A stretch of 64,000 nt of DNA from Candidatus Tayloriibacteriota bacterium (GTDB lineage: Bacteria; Patescibacteriota; Minisyncoccia; Phycocordibacterales; PALSA-1337), in contig PLXZ01000001.1 of assembly GCA_003151615.1 (NCBI GenBank), positions 244,318 through 308,317 on the forward strand, written 5' to 3'. Of the stretch, positions 57,885 to 64,000 are shown one piece after another (within the stretch, counting starts at the first letter, position 1; each line of letters starts with the position of its first letter). The notes under the pieces are model-generated. The model was not told the origin of the DNA, did not search any database, and saw only the letters and a program-made list of their open reading frames with translations. Made by a program: the position numbers and the translations under genes.

Positions 57885-58373
57885 ATGGATAAAAATTTTG
57901 ATTGTTGGAATGAAACAAAAAAGAAAGTAGATTTAGTCCCTCCGCCGTATTTTAAGGAACGGGATATTTGGTGGTGTATTTTTGGAGTTAATGTTGGCGT
58001 TGAAATTGACGGAAAGGGTGATTTTTACACCAGACCCGCGGTCATTATCCGGAAAATCAATAACCACGGTTGTTACGTAGTTCCCCTGACAACCCAGTCG
58101 TCGAAACATACACCGGAGTTTTCCTTATCCGTCGGCATTGTTGATGAAAAACCGGCGTATGCAAACATTACTCAGGTTAAGGCAATTTCTTCAAAAAGAC
58201 TCGAACAAAGGATAGGAACTTTAAAGAGTGATATTTTTAACTTAATTAAAAAATCTGCACGGGATTTTATATTCCCGGCAGATCTTTTAAATTCTCCCCT
58301 CATACCAGAAGGGCAGCCCGAAGGCGACATAAAAAGTATAGCCAAAAACGATTCTATGGACAACTTCTTTTAA
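57885..58373 (+). CDS. PemK/MazF-like toxin-fold protein, no adjacent antitoxin
   Basis: …RDIWWCIFGVNVGVEIDGKGDFYTRPAVII…CYVVPLTTQ… fits the MazF/PemK beta-barrel pattern. Confidence 0.45.
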   Translation: MDKNFDCWNETKKKVDLVPPPYFKERDIWWCIFGVNVGVEIDGKGDFYTRPAVIIRKINNHGCYVVPLTTQSSKHTPEFSLSVGIVDEKPAYANITQVKAISSKRLEQRIGTLKSDIFNLIKKSARDFIFPADLLNSPLIPEGQPEGDIKSIAKNDSMDNFF

Positions 58374-58407
58374 TGTTATTTCTGTGTTATAAAATAGATC
58401 ATACAAT

Positions 58408-58480
58408 GCACGCGTAGCTCAGTTGGTAGAGCAGTCGACTTATACTCGATCGGTCCCTGGTTCGAGTCCAGGCGCGTGCA
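58408..58480 (+). tRNA. tRNA-Ile, anticodon UAU (decodes AUA)
   Basis: Cloverleaf: acceptor GCACGCG/CGCGTGC, D-stem GCTC/GAGC, anticodon stem GTCGA/TCGAT with loop CTTATAC, T-arm CCTGG-TTCGAGT-CCAGG, discriminator A; CCA not encoded. Confidence 0.7.
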
Positions 58481-58578
58481 CAGCATTGTTTTCATTGACA
58501 AAATCACCCGTTGGGATAGTCTTTTCTCAGTCTTGAGTCGGGTCAGTAAACAATTGTAATGGAAGTGAGTACTGAATT

Positions 58579-59526
58579 ATGAGAACATTGAGAGCTTTAA
58601 TTGTCGGAAAGGGTGGAATCGGCCGGGAGCTGGCCAAGCAGTTGACGGCATTAGGTTGGTCGGTCGTTTTTTCCGAAGCCCGCGACCGGATGTTTGATTT
58701 TGTCAAAGAGGTCGAAAACGCTGACATTGTTTTTGTCTGCATTCCCACAAGGGACAAGGGCGAAGCGGCCTATCAATACATCACCTATGCGTTGGCGGCG
58801 GGAAAATGCGTCGTCACTGCGGAAAAAGGCGCTTTGGCATATCACTTCGAAAGCTTGCGTCCGCGTCTTCCTCGAATCGGATTCACGGCGACAGTCGGAG
58901 GCGGCAGCGAACCGTTGAGTATGTTTTCCTCTCTCGGGGCGCCGCGTCCGAAAAAAATAAACGGCTTCGTCAATGGAACTGTGAATTTTCTTTCATGGTG
59001 TCTGTCACAGGGCATGGAACCGGAGGAGGCGCTTGCGGCCGCATTTGAAAAAGGCATGCCCGAAAAGGGGGCAACGACCTTTTTTCAGGTGTTCAATGCT
59101 GAAATCGGAGACATTCTCATGAAGCTCGCCGTGCTCGTCAATGTTTCGGGAGTGTGCGGAAAATATTCCATCACTCCGGACTGTTTCAGCACATTCATGC
59201 TGTATGAAGGCGAAGTTTTGCGGCTCTTGTCCAATCCGAGATTGCGCTTCATGGTCAGCATGTCCGAACAAAGGGTCGGAATGCAAAGCTCGTGGCAGGT
59301 CTACGCCAATGTCAATGGCGTGCACATTGTCGGCGCTTTTTTGGATCCAACGGAACATTATGAAGGTAAAATTATTCCGGCCCAGGAACAAAACTCTCTT
59401 TTCGCCGAAGACTATTTGGGACGATCCCAGGAAAAGTGGGGTCCGGGTGCGGGTTTTGAACCGACGGCCGGCGTCATGGTCAAGGACGCCAAGCGGCTTA
59501 TTGCTGTTCATGGTATTAAGGAATAG
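58579..59526 (+). CDS. homoserine-dehydrogenase-like NAD(P)-binding protein
   Basis: N-terminal Rossmann (LIVGKGGIGRE) and INGFVNGTVNFLSWCLSQG resembling the Hom catalytic-domain motif. Confidence 0.5.
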   Translation: MRTLRALIVGKGGIGRELAKQLTALGWSVVFSEARDRMFDFVKEVENADIVFVCIPTRDKGEAAYQYITYALAAGKCVVTAEKGALAYHFESLRPRLPRIGFTATVGGGSEPLSMFSSLGAPRPKKINGFVNGTVNFLSWCLSQGMEPEEALAAAFEKGMPEKGATTFFQVFNAEIGDILMKLAVLVNVSGVCGKYSITPDCFSTFMLYEGEVLRLLSNPRLRFMVSMSEQRVGMQSSWQVYANVNGVHIVGAFLDPTEHYEGKIIPAQEQNSLFAEDYLGRSQEKWGPGAGFEPTAGVMVKDAKRLIAVHGIKE

Positions 59527-59729
59527 GGTCGTCCGTGACGAAAAATTACACAATGAACCTGCTGCGTTTTGCGGCAGGTTCTTTTTTGCTCAAGTTGTCC
59601 CCATATGTTGATTTGTGGCTCGGGGGCGCTGTTGATATAATAATGAACGAAGTTGCCACTTGTTTACATGGAGTTGTCCTTTGCTTTTGGCGTACATACA
59701 TTATTAGAAAAAAATAACAATACATTTAT

Positions 59730-59909
59730 ATGTTTGGACTTGGAACAAAAGAAATCATCATAATTGCCGTCATCATCGTGCTTCTTTTTGGCGCGAAAAA
59801 GGTGCCGGAACTTGCGAAAGGAATCGGCCAGGCTGTTCGTCATATCCGCGGAGGATTCAAAGACGAGACGGAAGCCGGCCAGAATGATTCGAGCGACAAG
59901 AAAAACTAG
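59730..59909 (+). CDS. tatA: twin-arginine translocase subunit TatA/E (59 aa, below ORF-track cutoff)
   Basis: MFGLGTKEIIIIAVIIVLLFGAKKVPELAKGIGQAVRHIRGGFKDE…. Confidence 0.7.
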   Translation: MFGLGTKEIIIIAVIIVLLFGAKKVPELAKGIGQAVRHIRGGFKDETEAGQNDSSDKKN

Positions 59910-59947
59910 TCAGAGCGAAGTTTTCAGCCCTGATTAAGTAGATTCGT

Positions 59948-60754
59948 TTGAGACGGAAGAAAAAAAGCATATTTTTAAAACATAAAGTGATAGCATCAAA
60001 GTACTCTTTCAGATTAGTCTCTCCCGAAAAAAGGAAAGCGCAGTATTCGCATCTTGATGTACCACCTCGATCTGCCCGAAACCAAGAGTCTGCGACTTCT
60101 ACGGAGAGTGACAGCAAAAAAAGATCATTCCTCAAACTAGCAGGAGTGGTGGGTGTTGGTGCTGCCGCTACTATGCTTATTCCAAAAAAGGCCGAAGCGC
60201 TCGTTTTTGGCAGTTCGCCTACGGCGACTTCTATGGGCGTCAAGAACGCTTCCGGTACCAGGATAAATCCGGCAACCGAAGATACGCTCGCTTTGGTGCA
60301 AGGAAACACTTCCGATATCGATACAAATATCGGGACGGTGAACACAAATATCGCAACCGTCAATTCGAATATCTCGAGCATCGCCGCGAACACGGCGAAC
60401 ATTCCCGCAAAAGGCCAGACGACAATGGTCAACTCAATGCCGGTCACCATCGCGAGCGATCAGCCGGCTTTGCCTATTTCCGGCACGATGACCTTCGACG
60501 CGACGTCGAAAATGACCGTCGATTCCGCCGACAGCCTGTTCTATCTGCGAAAGATAGTAAAGCAGCTGGAACCATTGACCACAGTGGATAGCTCCAATAG
60601 ACAAAAAGTTTATATCGACGGCTCGGCAACTTTGACATTCACATTGGCTACGACTGCGGTCACTACTATTGCCGGCCAAGGCGACCAGATGTTCCAGGAT
60701 GTCGCACGAAACACCTATGCGAACGGCATACGGAATAACCTGGCATTTTCATAA
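59948..60754 (+). CDS. Asn/Thr-repeat surface protein with N-terminal hydrophobic export signal
   Basis: SKKRSFLKLAGVVGVGAAATMLIP signal-like segment; T-N-I/T-A-N repeats; conserved LFYLRKIVKQLE shared with the next gene. Confidence 0.5.
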   Translation: MRRKKKSIFLKHKVIASKYSFRLVSPEKRKAQYSHLDVPPRSARNQESATSTESDSKKRSFLKLAGVVGVGAAATMLIPKKAEALVFGSSPTATSMGVKNASGTRINPATEDTLALVQGNTSDIDTNIGTVNTNIATVNSNISSIAANTANIPAKGQTTMVNSMPVTIASDQPALPISGTMTFDATSKMTVDSADSLFYLRKIVKQLEPLTTVDSSNRQKVYIDGSATLTFTLATTAVTTIAGQGDQMFQDVARNTYANGIRNNLAFS

Positions 60755-60760
60755 AAATCA

Positions 60761-61285
60761 ATGAGCCTCAATTTTTTTAAAAATCTAAATAATGCAAAGA
60801 TAAATCCAGCGACGCAGGAGACGTTGGCGCAGGTTCATAGCAATACCGCGGACATCGACACAAAGACCGCGACTCTTGCCACGAATACGGCGACTTTTGC
60901 GACAGGTACGACGACTCTCGCGGCAAATGCGGCGAATATACCTGTAAAACACAATACGACGGTGCTTAACTCGATGCCGGTCACCGTTGCCAACAATCAG
61001 ACGGTCTCGGTTTTCGGAAAAATGAAGTTCGATACTTCGACGACACTGATCGCCAACGCCGCCGATCCGCTCTTTTATCTGCGGAAGATCGTAAAACAAT
61101 TGGAGTCAAAGGCTACTATGGATTCCGCGAAAAGACAGCGGGTATATGCCGATGGAATTTCAAATTCCGCTATACAGTTAAGTACTGGCCTTAGCCCTAT
61201 CGCCGGATATGATCAGAAAATGTATCAGTATTCATCCAGGAACGCGTTTGCGAGGGGTATCAGAAAGGGATTGAAATTTAGTTAA
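60761..61285 (+). CDS. paralog of 59948-60754 (no signal segment)
   Basis: Shares NIP(A/V)K…TVLNSMPVT(I/V)A…LFYLRKIVKQLE…GIR(N/K)xLxFS. Confidence 0.5.
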   Translation: MSLNFFKNLNNAKINPATQETLAQVHSNTADIDTKTATLATNTATFATGTTTLAANAANIPVKHNTTVLNSMPVTVANNQTVSVFGKMKFDTSTTLIANAADPLFYLRKIVKQLESKATMDSAKRQRVYADGISNSAIQLSTGLSPIAGYDQKMYQYSSRNAFARGIRKGLKFS

Positions 61286-61289
61286 AAAC

Positions 61290-64000
61290 CATGGCTGTAA
61301 CAAATAATCTAAAACCACAAGTCGACACACCAGTATGGGAATGGTGCCGTCAGTTGCCGGCGGTATCGTCGAGCGTTAGCTCAACATGTTCGCCAAAGAA
61401 TTCCTTGCTACATGTCACGTTCGGCAGGTACATCTACTTTATGCAGTCGTTTGCCGTAACGACGGGTAACGTCTTGACTACCGGATTCTTCAGGTACGAT
61501 ACGATATCGGATTCGTACCAGGAGCTCAACCAACCGCCGTTCACGCCCGCTACCTACAGCTCGATGGAGTTTACCGAAGACCATGGATACGCGGGCTTCG
61601 TCTTGGGAAACGGCGGAGGTCCGAATACTTTACAAATCGCTGGAATGACCGGCCAGAGCTTGAAAGGGTTCGAAATCCGCATCGTCGACGGCACGGGAAA
61701 CGGCCAGATGAGGACCATCACCGGAGTCGCGGATCCCGTGATCTGGGATGTTGGGACAATCACAGCCGTCGCAGCGACGCCTACCGGTAACATCACTGAT
61801 TCATCCAAGAACTGGGTATGGAACCAGTGGGCAGGATACCAGCTGCGATTTGTGTCGAACAACGGACAGTCGCAGATAAGGAAGATCCTCTACAACACGG
61901 CCACCTCGATATATTTTGCCGATGTGGCGAAATTTGCCGAAGACCAATGGGCAGAAGCGCCGATGATTTCGGTAGCCAACTCGGCTTTGATCATACCGGT
62001 GCTAGCATCATCCGTATACCATATAGAATCCTCTGTCATAACCGTCGACTCGAACTGGATGACCATCCCGGATACGACGAGTCGTTTCATCGTGAGAAGC
62101 GGCGGCATCTGGTTTTTGAGCGCTGGCACCGAGTATGTATTGCAGTATTACGATGTTATAGCCGATACATGGTATTTGAGGAATGGTGGTGCAGCGACCA
62201 GCCCAATGACCGGTGTAGGCACCGATGCCTCTATCATCAATACCGGAGAGAGCGCGACAATATGGGAGAGGGGAACAGCCTCGAGCGGAAGCTCCACGAC
62301 TCTGGTAGACGCTACAAAGAACTGGATAGCTGGATCCGGTACCGCCGGAGCCAACCAATGGGTCGGCTATTATGTGCGTATCTGGTCCGGAACGGGAGAA
62401 GACCAATACAGGCTGATCACCGCCAACACAAGCAACACTCTGACTGTCGCCGCGTGGACGACCATCACTCCGGATTCGACGACGAAATATTTTATAGAAG
62501 GGGATGACAATGGCACGTTTACATCCGTAGGTGCGATGACGCAAACCGGCGCCTCGACGGGCACGATCATCGGCAATGTCTTCACTGCCGGATCGACGAC
62601 GGGATATTATTGTCCGGGACAGATTTTGACCGGTACCGGGGTTTTGGCTACAACGACTCTCTCTTCTCCTTTTGGTGCCTGTAATACCAACGGTTTGGTA
62701 ACTACAATTTATTTTGCCTGGGGAAATCCGTCAACAATGGGAATCACAGTTGGTATGGCAGTGTCGATCTCTTCCATCAGTGCCGGTACCGGAACTCTTG
62801 CCACTGCGGCGACAGGACCGACGTATGTCTCGACGATTGTTGCGCCGTCAGGCAGCACTCCTGGTTATATCACCGTCAGCAATGCCGTTTCTGTACAGCT
62901 GGTCGGAGTCACGCTCCAGTTCACCAATGCATGGTTCTCCGGTGCTGCTACGGCTGCTCATACAAATGCCGGAACAATCGTTACGCTCTCCGGAGGCAAC
63001 GGAACGACGGGCCTTTACCCGGGAATGTTGCTAACTGTCGGAACCGGTACCGGAACATTTGTCGCGCAGACGTATGTGACGCAAATCATTAACTCTACAA
63101 TGTTTCAAGTTTCTGCCGCCATGTCGGCAAACTTTGCCGGAAGCACGTGGATCCAAGGAACTCCACTGTCACAGACAGTCATCACTGCTCAATTATCCGG
63201 AGTGCCAGGCGGTGCAGGAACGTATTCCGTCTTTCCTTCACAACAGGTCGCCAGCACGACGATAACCGGGACAGGAGTAGGAACGGTCACGGACAACACG
63301 AAGGATTGGTTGGAAGAGAGATGGAATAACTATGCTGTCAGGATCAAGAGCGGAACAGGCAAGGGTCAAGTGCGAGCGATTACTAGAACCGTTAGTTCCG
63401 GTGCTGTCGTATATACCTCCGCTTCTGGGGCAACGAACGTAGGAGCCCTGATCACCGTCGGCAGTACTACTAATCTATCGGTCAACAACATCCTCAATAT
63501 TACCTCGGGAACTGGCGCTTTTGCTTTTGGAACATACGTCGTTTCCATATCGAGCAGCACGCAATTTATAGCTTCGGCGTCGCCGACAACGAACCTATCC
63601 GCGAGCGCAGTCGTTACGGCGTATGCAATCGATACGCTTGCCGTCTCTCCGGCATGGACGACGCAACCGGATAGCACTTCCACGTATGTTATTCATGGCA
63701 ATTCAGACAATCTGTACATCAGCGAGTCCGGATTGACGCCATTATTTCTCCAGAGTGTCGATGCCGATACGATATGCACGGGGCGAGTCTTGGAAAGAGG
63801 TGTGGCCAGAGGCGCTGCCGCTCAGATCGGAACACAGGAAGCTCATGCATTATCTACGGCAACGCCACCCATATCGGTCTTGAATATCACCGGAGGTTAC
63901 GGCTATATCGCTGGCGTGAACGTGACGAGCGGTTCATGGACGAGCAACATCGCCACGCTTGGATATACGACTACAGCTGCCGTAGGCACGCTTGCAGTGG
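61290..64000 (+). CDS. very large Thr/Gly/Ser-rich beta-rich surface or fibre-like protein, 5' part (>900 aa, runs off window)
   Basis: Manual translation from ATG 61290 is open to the window end. Missing from the ORF track because no stop falls in the window; the listed small ORFs in 61554-63683 are other frames. Confidence 0.6.

Noticed and set aside
61554-63683. ORF-track entries 61818-62507(+), 62714-63034(+), 61554-61862(-), 62008-62544(-), 63366-63683(-)
   Set aside because: Alternative frames within the long 61290->end ORF. Their translations are Arg/His-rich low complexity.
1-64000. Search for IS elements, transposases, phage integrases and restriction-modification genes
   Set aside because: No transposase DDE/HTH signatures, no tyrosine/serine recombinase and no terminal inverted repeats of IS type were seen. 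Mobility signals are limited to the array contents and the duplicated permease 3' end.

Overview
The window is a bacterial chromosomal segment with ordinary housekeeping genes. These include a single-domain response regulator, cardiolipin synthase, DsbA/VKOR, folD, secE-nusG-rplK, sortase, smpB with an unannotated tmRNA, MacAB-like and EmrAB-like efflux sets, ftsH, a tRNA and tatA. The centrepiece is a cas1-cas2 pair at 18634-19996, driven by a consensus sigma70 promoter and with no effector gene nearby. Two bp after the cas2 stop begins an array of ten perfectly identical 37-bp direct repeats (CCTGCATAATAGTGTCGCAAAAAGGAGATTGTGCAAC, 19999-37782), all in the same orientation. Instead of 30-40-bp spacers, the repeats are separated by unique segments of 254 bp to 5.9 kb. 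These 'mega-spacers' differ in base composition and carry intact genes on both strands, as well as genes cut off exactly at the repeat boundaries: a radical-SAM N-terminus, a JAB C-terminus, an FAD-monooxygenase N-terminus, a TraG/HerA-like ATPase C-terminus and an MFS transporter. One segment is a GC-rich block resembling the leading region of a conjugative element (DUF1281-like, WGR-DNA ligase, ArdC, RadC) with duplicated 125-130-bp hairpin leaders. I read this as a CRISPR-adaptation-module-associated array that stores kilobase-scale captured DNA, or alternatively a Cas1-associated integron-like cassette array; either would be undescribed. Other points of interest: an unannotated smpB-adjacent tmRNA; structured RNA candidates after nusG, after rplK and after ftsH; a tRNA-Ile(UAU); a duplicated ABC-permease 3' end flanking a 571-aa unknown gene; co-occurring sortase and PEP-CTERM-like sorting signals; and, after tatA, a surface-fibre-like gene cluster ending in a >900-aa Thr/Gly-rich ORF that runs off the window and is missing from the ORF track.
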